A stretch of DNA of 64,000 nt, from the IMG/VR virus record IMGVR_UViG_3300021142_000023, positions 12,453 to 76,452 of that record; one strand, 5' to 3'. The DNA comes from a virus. A program made the position numbers and the translations under genes. This document shows positions 29,476-39,566 of the stretch, piece by piece. The notes beneath the pieces were generated by a model. The model was not told the DNA's origin. It was given only the letters and a program-made list of their open reading frames with translations, and did no database searches. How positions within the stretch are numbered: position 1 is the stretch's first letter; each line of letters starts with the position of its first letter.

Positions 29476-30135
29476 ATGGTTTACAAACTCATAACTCAAA
29501 CCCCTATCTGCGAGGGACTTGATTATCTAATCGAAGAAGGCAACAAAGACAAGCCAGCCAATATTTATGTATCTGGTGTTTATATGGTAGCAGAAGAAAA
29601 GAACCGTAATAACCGCATTTACAGCCGTGAAGAAATGGCCCGTGAAGTAGAACGCTACAATGAAGAATTTGTTAGAACAAACAGAGCTTTAGGTGAACTT
29701 GAACACCCAAACAGCGCTAATGTTAGCAGCGAAAGAGCATGCCATCTAATTACTGAACTTAGAATGGACGGTAATGTGGTAAAAGGTAAAAGCAAGATAC
29801 TACGCACCCCACTAGGAGAAATCATGAGATCTCTAGTCATGGATGGTGTTAAGATGGGTATGAGCTCAAGAGCTTTAGGTACAGTAGAGGATAAAGGTGG
29901 TACCAACTACGTAACCAACATGAAACTCATTACAGTTGACGCCGTAGCTGATCCTTCTGCTCCTGGTGCATTTGTTAACGGTATTTTAGAATCTAAAAAC
30001 TTTATTATCAAGCAAGACGGTCGTTACGAAGAAATATACGACGTTTTAGAATCTAAACTTAGCTCCTTGCCTAAAAAGGACGTCGACCTATATCTTAGAG
30101 AGCACATCATTCGCTTTATCAACAACCTTAAATAA
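29476..30135 (+). CDS. gp21: Prohead protease
   Basis: NRNNRIY, ALGELEHP, TP.G.I, GMSSRALG, DAVADPSAPGAFVNGILE. Confidence 0.95.
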   Translation: MVYKLITQTPICEGLDYLIEEGNKDKPANIYVSGVYMVAEEKNRNNRIYSREEMAREVERYNEEFVRTNRALGELEHPNSANVSSERACHLITELRMDGNVVKGKSKILRTPLGEIMRSLVMDGVKMGMSSRALGTVEDKGGTNYVTNMKLITVDAVADPSAPGAFVNGILESKNFIIKQDGRYEEIYDVLESKLSSLPKKDVDLYLREHIIRFINNLK

Positions 30136-30136
30136 T

Positions 30137-30298
30137 ATGAATCATAAAAATCAAATTGCAAGCTTTATTAAGCACGTAGTTGATAAAAACTACTCAACTG
30201 CTAATTCAACGTTACAAGCAGTAATCAATGAGAAACTCAAGCAACGTATCCAAAAAGCGGATTCAGTAATTGCAAACAAAACTGCAAAAAAATCCTGA
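30137..30298 (+). CDS. Small prohead core protein (gp67/68-like position)
   Basis: Manual translation MNHKNQIASFIKHVVDKNYSTANSTLQAVINEKLKQRIQKADSVIANKTAKKS, between gp21 and gp22. Confidence 0.55.
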   Translation: MNHKNQIASFIKHVVDKNYSTANSTLQAVINEKLKQRIQKADSVIANKTAKKS

Positions 30299-30333
30299 TA
30301 ATAACACACATTTTACTAAATATATAATACGAT

Positions 30334-31272
30334 ATGAGCCAAGACATTTCCACAATTCTTAAAGAGGCAACAAAAGACCTCCTTTCCGAGGAATCGCTAA
30401 AAGCAGTTTCTGAAGCTGTTGAAGCAAAGGTTAACCTCGCAGTTGAAGCTGCTCTTGTACAACAAGACGAAGAGTACTCAGCTAAGCTTGAAAAAGTTTT
30501 AGAAGCTATTGACGCTGATCATACAGCTAAGCTTGAAAAGATTGTTACTCGTATCGACGACTTACATGCAAAGCAATTTGCTGAAGCTATACAAAAGCTT
30601 GACGAAGACCGCGCTACAAAGCTCGCTCACGTTGTAAAGCTCTATGAAAATGCTTCAAAGGTAGAAGCAAAAGAATTTACAAAGAACATTGTAGAGAATG
30701 TTTCATCTTATCTCGATCTTTATCTTGATAAAGCAATTCCTTCACAGCAACTTCAAGAAGCTACACAAAATGCCCGTAATACTAAGATCGTTGAAGAAAT
30801 TAAACGCTTAGTAAGCCTTGATGAAACTTTCGTAAATGAAAGCGTAAAAGAAGCTTTATTAGACGGTAAGAAACAAATTGATGAAGCTAATGCACGTGCT
30901 GCAGCAGCTGCAAAACAATCACAACTTTTAAACGAAAAAGTTCAATCATTAGAGTCAAATCTTTTATTAGAAAGAAAAGTATCAACACTTCCTGCTAACA
31001 AAAAGAGTTATGCTCTTCGTGTACTAGCTGAAAAAGATGCAAAGTACATTAACGAAAACTTTAATTACGTTTTAGAAATGTTTGACAAGCGTGAAGATGA
31101 AAAACTTCAAGAGCTTAAAGAATCCACAGCACCAAAATCTAGAGGTGTTGATGTATTAGTTACAGAAGACAAGAAACAAGTTTCGAAATCATTTACATCT
31201 GCTTCAGATGACGATGGTGAAAAGTTTGTAGCTGAGTCTTACGTATCACTACTTAAGAATAAGCTTGCTTAA
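30334..31272 (+). CDS. gp22: Prohead scaffolding/core protein
   Basis: Coiled-coil, LSEE..., V..YLD.Y; lies between gp21 and gp23. Confidence 0.85.
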   Translation: MSQDISTILKEATKDLLSEESLKAVSEAVEAKVNLAVEAALVQQDEEYSAKLEKVLEAIDADHTAKLEKIVTRIDDLHAKQFAEAIQKLDEDRATKLAHVVKLYENASKVEAKEFTKNIVENVSSYLDLYLDKAIPSQQLQEATQNARNTKIVEEIKRLVSLDETFVNESVKEALLDGKKQIDEANARAAAAAKQSQLLNEKVQSLESNLLLERKVSTLPANKKSYALRVLAEKDAKYINENFNYVLEMFDKREDEKLQELKESTAPKSRGVDVLVTEDKKQVSKSFTSASDDDGEKFVAESYVSLLKNKLA

Positions 31273-31295
31273 TAAATAAATCAGATTTTTTACAC

Positions 31296-31323
31296 AAAAG
31301 CCCGAGAAATCGGGCTTTTTTTT
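31296..31323 (+). terminator. Rho-independent terminator after gp22
   Basis: aaaagcccga-gaaa-tcgggctttttttt. Confidence 0.85.
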
Positions 31324-31392
31324 GTAAGTATATCTACACGTTGAAGTACTGTTAAGTACTTGAGGTAATGTTAGTTTATAAAATTATTAGAT

Positions 31393-32829
31393 ATGAAACA
31401 AATTAAACCTTCACAGTCATACATCGATCGTGATCGCGCAGGCCAACTTTTAAAGAAGTGGGCACCATTGCTTAATCACTCCGATGATAACACTCCAGAA
31501 ATCGTAAACGAACACACTCGTTTGAACACAGCTATCCTTCTTGAAAATCAAGAGAAGTGGTGCTTTGAGTCCGCTAACGCAGCAGGTAATGCAGGCGTTT
31601 TCGGTACACTTCAAGGTAACCCTGGTCAAGGCGGCTTACAATCAAGCGACTTCTATGCATCACAAGATGCTCGTTTACCAAAGATCCTCATTCCGATGAT
31701 CCGCCGTACTTTCCCAGAATTGATCACAAACGAAATCGTTGGTGTTCAACCTATGAGCGGTCCAGTTGGTCTCGCTTTTGCACTTCGTTATAAATACGAA
31801 GCAGACCCACTCGGTGGTACACAACTAGACAATGGTTTCGGTACACCAGGCGGTAATGCTAACGGGGTACAAGGATGGACAAACGCTTCAGACGGTACTG
31901 AAGTAGGTTGGAACTACCTCAATACTCGCTTCACGGGTATTTCTTCAACGTTCCTTTCCGGTAACGCTGATTTCAACATCCTCCCAACAGATAGCGGTAT
32001 TGCTCAATTCTTAAGCAATTTTGAATTAACAAGCAATATTCCTCAGATGGTCGTTTCCTTCGAAAAGACCGCTGTTGAAGCTGGTACACGTCGTCTAGCT
32101 GCTCGTTGGTCAGTTGAACTTGAGCAAGATCTCAAGAACATGAACGGTATCGACATTGACAATGAATTAACGAACGCTATGTCGTACGAAATTCAAGCTG
32201 AAATCGACCGTGAAATGGTAATCCGTATGTGCCAAGTTGCTCTCAACGCTGGTGCAGGCCAAGGTTATTCATTCTGGAACGCAGCTTCAGCTGATGGTCG
32301 TTGGTTAGGTGAACGTAACCGTGACTTCTTTGCACGTGTTATTGTTGAAGCTAACCGTGTTGCTATCCGCAATCGCCGTGGCGCAGCAAACTTCATCATT
32401 GCAACACCTCGTGTTTGCGCAATGTTTGAAATGCTTCCTGAGTTCCAATGGTTCTCAGTTAACGGTAACGTAAACACACAACCAGTTGGTATTGCTAAAG
32501 TTGGTACAGTCGGTGGTCGTTTCACGATCTACCGTGATACACGTACAGAAGCACAATATCAGACAAATCAACGTGGTACAATACTTGAGTACGCTTTATT
32601 AGGCTACAAGGGTGCTGAATACTATGATACTGGTATCGTTTACTGCCCATACATTCCTGTATTAGTACAGCGTACAGTTGGTCCTAATGATTTCAGCCCA
32701 CGTGTTGGTTTAATGACCCGTTATGGTGTTATTGATCATATCTTTGGTGCTGCTCTTTATTACCACCTCATTATCGTATCTGGTCTTGGCAACGCTTTCG
32801 TTCCAGGCACAGCTGCTACAATGCTATAA
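31393..32829 (+). CDS. gp23: Major capsid protein
   Basis: KWAPLL, LLENQE, LIPMIRR..P.LI..EIVGVQPM.GP.GL.FALR, ELEQDLK, EI.REM, YCPYIP, MTRYG. Confidence 0.97.
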   Translation: MKQIKPSQSYIDRDRAGQLLKKWAPLLNHSDDNTPEIVNEHTRLNTAILLENQEKWCFESANAAGNAGVFGTLQGNPGQGGLQSSDFYASQDARLPKILIPMIRRTFPELITNEIVGVQPMSGPVGLAFALRYKYEADPLGGTQLDNGFGTPGGNANGVQGWTNASDGTEVGWNYLNTRFTGISSTFLSGNADFNILPTDSGIAQFLSNFELTSNIPQMVVSFEKTAVEAGTRRLAARWSVELEQDLKNMNGIDIDNELTNAMSYEIQAEIDREMVIRMCQVALNAGAGQGYSFWNAASADGRWLGERNRDFFARVIVEANRVAIRNRRGAANFIIATPRVCAMFEMLPEFQWFSVNGNVNTQPVGIAKVGTVGGRFTIYRDTRTEAQYQTNQRGTILEYALLGYKGAEYYDTGIVYCPYIPVLVQRTVGPNDFSPRVGLMTRYGVIDHIFGAALYYHLIIVSGLGNAFVPGTAATML

Positions 32830-32861
32830 TAAGCATAGTACAAACGATAAAACGTTTAATC

Positions 32862-32898
32862 AAAGAACCCGTCGAGAATTCTCGACGGGTTTCTTTTT
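32862..32898 (+). terminator. Rho-independent terminator after gp23
   Basis: aagaacccgtcgag-aatt-ctcgacgggtttcttttt. Confidence 0.85.
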
Positions 32899-32944
32899 GG
32901 TTGCAGACCTGTATTAACTTTGTTTCAGGAGTAAATAATAACAG

Positions 32945-33724
32945 ATGAGTAAGAAAAAACGCCTGCAAAAACAGAAGTTAGCTCAAAACATTCAAAATAA
33001 CGCACCTGCTACTAAAGACAAAAGTCTTTTAGTACATCAGGCTGATAAACTGGAAAGACCGGTGATGATACGACAAAGGCCGGATTTGACAAACAGGCAA
33101 AAAGAGTTTCTTAAAATAGCTTTAGATAATCATACAAAGGTTGTCTTTGTTACAGGGCCATCTGGTAGTAGTAAGAGTTTTCTAGCAACATTAGTTGCTT
33201 TGGAATTATTAAACCTAAAAAAGGTTTCTGACTTAATATATATTCGTAGTATAGTTGAGAGTTCAGATAATAAAATGGGATATCTTCCTGGGGATGCAGC
33301 TGAAAAGTTATCCCCATATCTAGAACCTTTAATGGAAAAGCTCGATGAGCTATTATGTAAAGCAGATATTACTACATTAATGAAAGAAGGCCGTATAGAA
33401 GGTAAACCGACAGGATATCTTCGTGGTCTTTCTTGGAATGCTAAAGCTATTATTATGGACGAAGCTCAGAACAGTACATTTAGAGAGCTCACAACTTTAT
33501 TAACCCGTGTAGGTCAGTTCAGTAAACTATTTATTTGCGGAGACCCGATGCAATCCGATATTAACGGTAAGTCTGGGTTTGAAAAAATGTGCAACGTATT
33601 TAACGATGCTGAAAGCCGCGACAAAGGTATACACGTATTTACATTAACCGAAGCAGACATAGTACGTAGTGAAATCGTGCGCTACATAGTAAAAAAGCTA
33701 GAATTGTATAACAAGAAAAACTAA
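32945..33724 (+). CDS. phoH: PhoH-like ATPase
   Basis: GPSGSSKS, MGYLPG, YLRG, MDEAQN, GDPMQSD, DIVRS. Confidence 0.92.
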   Translation: MSKKKRLQKQKLAQNIQNNAPATKDKSLLVHQADKLERPVMIRQRPDLTNRQKEFLKIALDNHTKVVFVTGPSGSSKSFLATLVALELLNLKKVSDLIYIRSIVESSDNKMGYLPGDAAEKLSPYLEPLMEKLDELLCKADITTLMKEGRIEGKPTGYLRGLSWNAKAIIMDEAQNSTFRELTTLLTRVGQFSKLFICGDPMQSDINGKSGFEKMCNVFNDAESRDKGIHVFTLTEADIVRSEIVRYIVKKLELYNKKN

Positions 33725-33832
33725 CTTTTATAACTCAGTCAAGCGCACTGGCGAGAAAAAAATATTTTTTTCTTAGAGATAAAAATGTAAAAACATTTAC
33801 AATACGTAAATAATATTCCCTGTACTAAAACT

Positions 33833-34804
33833 ATGATATTCGACGAACAGATCTCCCGCAAACCTAATCACTATCCTTGGACAGAGGAATTTATCGAATC
33901 CATGCATAATGGCTTTTGGACCCATAAAGAGTTTAGTTTTAAGTCAGATGTACAACAGTTTAAAGTTAAGTTAAATGATCAAGAAAGAGAGATTATTATC
34001 CGTACTTTATCCGCTATTGGTCAGATTGAAGTGGCTGTAAAAACGTTCTGGGCTAAGCTCGGGGAAAACCTACCACACCCATCTTTACAGGATCTTGGCT
34101 ACGTAATGGCTAATACAGAGGTAATTCATAACAATGCTTATGAAAGGCTATTAACTGTACTCGGCCTTGAAGATGTATTTGAAGAGAATCTCAAGTTAGA
34201 ATGGATACAAGGCCGTGTAAAGTATCTTAAGAAATATACACACCGTTACTATAAAGACAAGAAAAAACAATATCTTTACGCTATTATACTCTTTACCCTA
34301 TTCGTAGAGAATGTATCACTTATGAGCCAGTTCTATATTATTAACTGGTTTGCTCGTAATAAAAATCTACTTAAGGATACTGATCAGCAAGTTAAGTACA
34401 CTCGTAATGAAGAGCATATACATGCATTAGTTGGTATGAAGATTATTAACACTATCAGAGAAGAGCATCCAGAACTATTCGATGATGAGCTTGTAGAAAG
34501 GATCCTTGCTGAAGCTAAGGAAGCTTATGAAAGTGAAGCAAAAATTATTGATTGGATGGTTAACGGTATTAATGAAGACGGATTGACTGCAGCACATCTT
34601 AAAGAGTTTGTAAAAGACCGTATTAACGAATCTCTCAGAGGTATCGGCTTCTCAGAGGTGTATGAAACGGATTCTAAGCTTCTCAAAGATATTTCCTGGT
34701 TTAACGAAGAATTACTCGGTAATAATATGACCGACTTCTTTCATTCTCGTCCTGTAGAGTATTCTAAAAAGTCACAAAGCTTTTCAGAAGACGATTTATT
34801 TTAA
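33833..34804 (+). CDS. nrdB: Ribonucleotide reductase class I beta subunit
   Basis: FWT..E, QIEVAV, EVIHNNAY (radical Tyr retained), VENVSL, EEHIH, DFF..RPVEY. Confidence 0.93.
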   Translation: MIFDEQISRKPNHYPWTEEFIESMHNGFWTHKEFSFKSDVQQFKVKLNDQEREIIIRTLSAIGQIEVAVKTFWAKLGENLPHPSLQDLGYVMANTEVIHNNAYERLLTVLGLEDVFEENLKLEWIQGRVKYLKKYTHRYYKDKKKQYLYAIILFTLFVENVSLMSQFYIINWFARNKNLLKDTDQQVKYTRNEEHIHALVGMKIINTIREEHPELFDDELVERILAEAKEAYESEAKIIDWMVNGINEDGLTAAHLKEFVKDRINESLRGIGFSEVYETDSKLLKDISWFNEELLGNNMTDFFHSRPVEYSKKSQSFSEDDLF

Positions 34805-34830
34805 TAAAAAGTATAGTATAATATATAAAA

Positions 34831-36483
34831 ATGAGTAACAAGAACATTTACTGGCTGAATAGCGACTCTCGCAAGTTCCTTGAACGTGGTTATCTCCTGG
34901 ACGGAGAAACTGCCGAAAAGCGTATCAGGGATATAGCTGAAAAAGCTGAAGAATACCTCAAATTAAAAGGCTTTGCAGATAAGTTTGAAAGTTATATGCA
35001 CCAAGGTTTTTATTCCTTGGCTTCTCCTATTTGGTCAAACTTTGGTCGTAGTCGTGGTTTACCTATCTCGTGCTTTGGTTCGTACATCGACGATGATATG
35101 GATGCTATTCTGTACAAGATTTCAGAAATAGGTACTATGTCAAAGGCAGGTGGCGGTACATCAGCTTACTTTGGTAAAATTCGTCCACGCGGTGCACCTA
35201 TTTCATCTGGTGGAGAATCTACTGGTGTACATCATCAGTTAACTGTATTTGAAACGTTAACAGACTATATCTCACAAGGTAATGTGCGTAGAGGTTCATT
35301 TGCAGCGTACCTACCTATTGACCATAAGGATGTAGAAGAGTTTTTAAAGATTAAAAGCGAAGGTGATGACATTCAAAACCTTTCTATCGGTGTATGTGTA
35401 ACTGATGAGTGGTTAAAGTCTATGCTTGATGGCGATAAAGAAAAACGTCGCATCTGGGGCTTAGTTATTAAGAAGCGCTTTGAATCTGGTTATCCTTATA
35501 TCTTTTTTACTGATAACGCTAACAATCAAGCACCACAAGTATACAAAGACAAGAACATTAAGATTAATCAAAGTAATCTCTGTACAGAGATTATGCTATC
35601 AAACGATAACGAAGAATCGTTTGTTTGTGATTTATCTTCTCTTAACTTTGAACAATGGGACAACTGGAAGAATACCGATGCAGTAGAAACACTTGTATAC
35701 TTCCTTGATGCTGTGATGACTGAGTTTATTAATAAAACTGAAAAGATGAAGTTTATGGTACACCCAAGAAACTTCGCTATTAATCAGCGCGCGCTTGGTA
35801 TCGGTGCACTCGGTTGGCATACATACCTTCAGTCTAAGATGATCGGGTTTGAAACGATGGAAGCAAAGCTACTCAATACTCAAATATGGAGCTTTGTTCG
35901 TAAAAAAGCAGATTCTGCTACCGCACAAATGGCTGTAGAGTACGGTGAACCACCCTTACTTAAAGGTTACGGTCGTCGTAATGTAACTACATTAGCTGTA
36001 GCACCTACCACCTCTAGTTCGTTTATTCTCGGTCAAGCTTCACCTTCAGTTGAGCCTCTTAACTCTAACTACTTTGTTAAAGATTTAGCTAAAGGTAAAT
36101 TTACCTATAAGAACCCCTATCTCGAGGCTTTACTGGAAACCAAGAAAAAGAATACAGAAGGTGTTTGGAAGTCTATTCTTGTAAAAGGCGGCTCGGTGCA
36201 ACATCTCGAGTTCCTCACACCAGAAGAAAAGGCAGTGTTTAAGACATTCGGCGAAATCAGCCAAAAAGAAATAGTTATACAGGCAGCTGCTCGTCAGAAG
36301 TATATTGATCAAGGTCAGTCATTAAACTTAATGATTCCACCTAACACTAAGCCAAAAGACGTTAACGAGTTAATAGTATTTGCTTGGGAAAACGGTATTA
36401 AGAGTCTTTATTATCAGCGTTCTGCTAACCCAGCACAAGAACTTGCTCGTTCAATATTAACCTGTTCAACTTGTGAGTCGTAA
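34831..36483 (+). CDS. nrdA: Ribonucleotide reductase class I alpha subunit (short, no evident ATP cone)
   Basis: ISCF, GGGT, RRG, SNLCTEI, VCDLSS, APTTSSS, IDQGQS.N, KSLYY, C-terminal CSTCES. Confidence 0.95.
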   Translation: MSNKNIYWLNSDSRKFLERGYLLDGETAEKRIRDIAEKAEEYLKLKGFADKFESYMHQGFYSLASPIWSNFGRSRGLPISCFGSYIDDDMDAILYKISEIGTMSKAGGGTSAYFGKIRPRGAPISSGGESTGVHHQLTVFETLTDYISQGNVRRGSFAAYLPIDHKDVEEFLKIKSEGDDIQNLSIGVCVTDEWLKSMLDGDKEKRRIWGLVIKKRFESGYPYIFFTDNANNQAPQVYKDKNIKINQSNLCTEIMLSNDNEESFVCDLSSLNFEQWDNWKNTDAVETLVYFLDAVMTEFINKTEKMKFMVHPRNFAINQRALGIGALGWHTYLQSKMIGFETMEAKLLNTQIWSFVRKKADSATAQMAVEYGEPPLLKGYGRRNVTTLAVAPTTSSSFILGQASPSVEPLNSNYFVKDLAKGKFTYKNPYLEALLETKKKNTEGVWKSILVKGGSVQHLEFLTPEEKAVFKTFGEISQKEIVIQAAARQKYIDQGQSLNLMIPPNTKPKDVNELIVFAWENGIKSLYYQRSANPAQELARSILTCSTCES

Positions 36484-36507
36484 TATATTGATTATTATTA
36501 GTACTTT

Positions 36508-37482
36508 ATGAGAACACAAGATGATCTAGCTATAATACTATGCCACTTTAATTGGTGTGGTTATAAAAGACCAGATCAAAATTTGAATCGTTTCTTACGA
36601 CAAATGAAAGCTATAGACGTACCTGTTTACGGAGTCGAAGCTTCTCTTACCGACACTTTTATTACAAAAGATATGCCTGGCTGGATTCAGATCGGGGCAA
36701 GAGAAGAAAATATATGTTTTCAAAAAGAAGCATTACTTAATGCTGTAGAAAAAACAGTTCCTGAAAAATATACTAAACTTGCATGGATTGATCACGATAT
36801 ATTTTTTGAAAGTCAAACTTGGTATGATGATACTTCTATAGCTTTAGATAAACTAAACATAGTACAGCTGTATGAAACAGCTTACTGGACAGATAGTAGA
36901 GGTAATATAGAGCGTATAGCAAAATCGACACTATCATTACCTGAGCTTAACGAAATAAATGTACAATCCCCGTTTTGGTCTGTAGTACCATCTCATCACT
37001 GTGGTTTTGGTTTTGCAGCAAAACGAGATTTATGGAAAACAGGTCCCAAGCTATACCCATATAACTTTTTAGGTGGTGGTGATATGGTATTAGTATTTGG
37101 TATTATGAGCGGGGAACTTTCTCCTGCTGCGTGCCGTAGAGGCTATTTTAAACCTGGCAACGCGTCTGGGGTATATAAAGAGTGGTTACAAGCTTTTAAC
37201 AAATATGTTGATAACAAATATGGTTATATAAAAGGTAATATATATCATGAATATCACGGCCCTAGACAAAACCGTAAGTACGGTTCAAGAGAAAAACTTA
37301 TTGATGGGTATGAGTACGATTTTAGTAAAAATATATTTGTTAACTATCGTGGTTTACTAGAGTTCAAAGACTCACCTTACGGTTTTAGAGAAGCTATAAA
37401 ACAATATTTTATTGAACGACGAGAAGATGATGTGGAAGAAATAAAAATAGCCGGAGTTAGTATATATATGCCTCCTCATTAA
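36508..37482 (+). CDS. Glycosyltransferase-like protein (GT-A)
   Basis: QKEALLN, WIDHDI, VQL, GFGFA.., LGGGD, HEYHG....R.Y. Confidence 0.6.
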   Translation: MRTQDDLAIILCHFNWCGYKRPDQNLNRFLRQMKAIDVPVYGVEASLTDTFITKDMPGWIQIGAREENICFQKEALLNAVEKTVPEKYTKLAWIDHDIFFESQTWYDDTSIALDKLNIVQLYETAYWTDSRGNIERIAKSTLSLPELNEINVQSPFWSVVPSHHCGFGFAAKRDLWKTGPKLYPYNFLGGGDMVLVFGIMSGELSPAACRRGYFKPGNASGVYKEWLQAFNKYVDNKYGYIKGNIYHEYHGPRQNRKYGSREKLIDGYEYDFSKNIFVNYRGLLEFKDSPYGFREAIKQYFIERREDDVEEIKIAGVSIYMPPH

Positions 37483-37549
37483 GTAGTTACAAAAGTTTAT
37501 ATAAAAAATATTTGATTTAGTTAGTTTTAAGTATATAAATATTATTGCT

Positions 37550-37963
37550 ATGACAAAACTAACTAACTATAATCCTAGCACATATCGTAATCCATTCTCA
37601 CTCTTAGATACTGTCTTAGAGAGGGAATTTAACCATCCTTTCTTTTGGGGGGATGTTAGCCGTACAGGAGACACTGTTCGGTTTAAAGAAGGGGATGAAC
37701 TCACCGTAGAGGTGGATCTTCCTGGTGTATCCAAAGATAAAACAAACGTAACTGTTGAAGGTAGAGTAGTAACGATTGAAGGTACTCGTAAAGTGATCCA
37801 TAAAGGTGGCACACAAGAAGAGACATTCAGCCGTAGCTTTACCGTTGGCAACTCGTTTAACTTGGATAAAGCTAAAGCCGTACAACAAGACGGCGTTCTT
37901 ACCTTAACCTTTCCAAAAAATAAGGTAGAGAACGGCGGCAAGAAAGTTATTGATATTAACTGA
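37550..37963 (+). CDS. Small heat-shock protein (Hsp20)
   Basis: VDLPGV.K..V.VEG..VTIEG.R, FSRSF, A...DGVLTLTFPK. Confidence 0.9.
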   Translation: MTKLTNYNPSTYRNPFSLLDTVLEREFNHPFFWGDVSRTGDTVRFKEGDELTVEVDLPGVSKDKTNVTVEGRVVTIEGTRKVIHKGGTQEETFSRSFTVGNSFNLDKAKAVQQDGVLTLTFPKNKVENGGKKVIDIN

Positions 37964-37982
37964 TTGCTGTTGGCAAGGACAC

Positions 37983-38010
37983 GGGGAGAGAGAAATCTCT
38001 CCCCTTTTTT
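37983..38010 (+). terminator. Rho-independent terminator after hsp20
   Basis: ggggagaga-gaaa-tctctcccc followed by a T run. Confidence 0.85.
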
Positions 38011-38024
38011 ATGTAAGTATATGT

Positions 38025-38969
38025 ATGAAAAAGTTTGCATTATTATCTCTTCTATTCTTAACTAGTTGTACACTTGGTATAAAAGCACCAGACGCGTTTA
38101 GCAATAGCCCTACCACAGAAATAGGTAAGAAAGCAGTTGCTGTAGTTAAAGCTGAAGACAGTCAAAAACAAGTCGATCAGTTAGCTGAGGCTAATAAGAA
38201 GGTTGAAGCTGCTCGTCAAGAAATGGAATTAAAATACAATGCAGCTAGAGAACAACTACAAAAGTCATATGACGACTTAAAGAAAAAGGATGATGAAAAC
38301 TTTGCAAAAATTGATGAACTGAATTACGGTATCTATATGGTTACTCAAGAGAAAAAGAAACAAGACATGAATACTCTTGTTGCACATTTACGCGCTAAAG
38401 AGATAATGAATCGTACCGATAAGTTAACACCAGAACAAAAAGCTGTTATTACAACAGAGATTAATAAAGAGAAAGCTTTAACTATTGATCAACTTTACAC
38501 CAAATATAATGGTGCGGTTGAGTTAGCTATTGTACAAAAACAAGCTTTAGATAATGCTCAAACAGTAATCGATCAACAAGAAAGAGAAAAGGCAGCTTTA
38601 AGAGAAGCTGAAAAAGTAACACTTAATAAACTACAAGCTGAAAGAAATGCTGAAATAGAACAGATTAAAAAACAAGCTGCTGATCAGTTAGCACTAGCTA
38701 AAGCTGCTCAAAAAGCAGAACTCATTGCTTTAATGGTGAAGGCGTTAATCGGTGTCGGGATACTATTCTTAGTACTTGCTATACTTTTAAAGAATATTAC
38801 AATGGGTATTGGTTCAATACTATCTCTTGGTCTAGCCTATGTTGCTGCTACTATTGAAATGTGGATAGTAGGTGCTTCTTTAGGTGGTATTGTACTAATA
38901 GCTATATTAATAGAAGTACTTAAGTCGAAGAAGAAGGCGGCTGCAGCTGCGAATCAGAAATCTCAATAA
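38025..38969 (+). CDS. Lipoprotein with long coiled coil and C-terminal transmembrane helices (spanin candidate)
   Basis: MKKFALLSLLFLTS-C lipobox; ~230 aa helical region; three hydrophobic segments at the C-terminus; TAAGTA 5 nt upstream. Confidence 0.65.
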   Translation: MKKFALLSLLFLTSCTLGIKAPDAFSNSPTTEIGKKAVAVVKAEDSQKQVDQLAEANKKVEAARQEMELKYNAAREQLQKSYDDLKKKDDENFAKIDELNYGIYMVTQEKKKQDMNTLVAHLRAKEIMNRTDKLTPEQKAVITTEINKEKALTIDQLYTKYNGAVELAIVQKQALDNAQTVIDQQEREKAALREAEKVTLNKLQAERNAEIEQIKKQAADQLALAKAAQKAELIALMVKALIGVGILFLVLAILLKNITMGIGSILSLGLAYVAATIEMWIVGASLGGIVLIAILIEVLKSKKKAAAAANQKSQ

Positions 38970-39510
38970 CTTCATTAGTTACATTAGCGGTCTTGTTCTT
39001 AACTTTGCCGGTTAACTGTGCTATCATTTCTTCTCTGGTAGCAACTAGTATATTGGTGTTACCAGCTGGCAAGTTAAGGTAACCGTCATTCTTGAGGCGT
39101 TGTATTTCTTTTTTACCTTCTATTTCTAGTTTTTTAAGCTCTCTTGCAGTTTCAGCTTTTTGATTTTGTAAATGCATTTTGTTTACTGTTTCAATAGCTC
39201 CGGTACTAGCGGCTATTAAACTTGCTAAACTAGCCATCATTTCTGGGTCTCCGGTGGCAACAGTTAGCTTTTGTAGTTCCATTATGCTCTTTACACTATT
39301 TTGCACAAGCTCAGCTGAATGCTTTGCTACAAACTCTTTCATCTCTTCATTAGTCTTTGGGATAGTTACTTTTACTTCTTCAACCTGTGCAGAGTTCTTA
39401 CTAACTAGTTCCTTATCTTCATTATTCAATCCTTCAAGAAACGAATCGATTTTATTTAATACGTCTTGATTGTTATCTGCAGTGTTATCCGGTAAAGGTG
39501 GTTGATTCAC
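38920..39510 (-). CDS. gp16: Terminase small subunit (T4 gp16-like)
   Basis: Helical core (ATGDPEMMASLASLI, equivalent to the gp16 P-RA-EV---LI region) and C-terminal NTNILVATREEM; late promoter 5 nt upstream. Confidence 0.65.
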   Translation of the reverse strand: MNQPPLPDNTADNNQDVLNKIDSFLEGLNNEDKELVSKNSAQVEEVKVTIPKTNEEMKEFVAKHSAELVQNSVKSIMELQKLTVATGDPEMMASLASLIAASTGAIETVNKMHLQNQKAETARELKKLEIEGKKEIQRLKNDGYLNLPAGNTNILVATREEMIAQLTGKVKNKTANVTNEVIEISDSQLQPPSSST

Positions 39511-39566
39511 TATAATATTTATGGCAAGCGTTGATTTATCAATATTATACGTTATACTACCTCATT

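Noticed and set aside
33833-36483. Introns or inteins in nrdA/nrdB (also checked by eye in uvsW, gp20, gp23, gp61)
   Set aside because: The ORFs are continuous and of normal or short length, with no intein or homing-endonuclease insertions evident.
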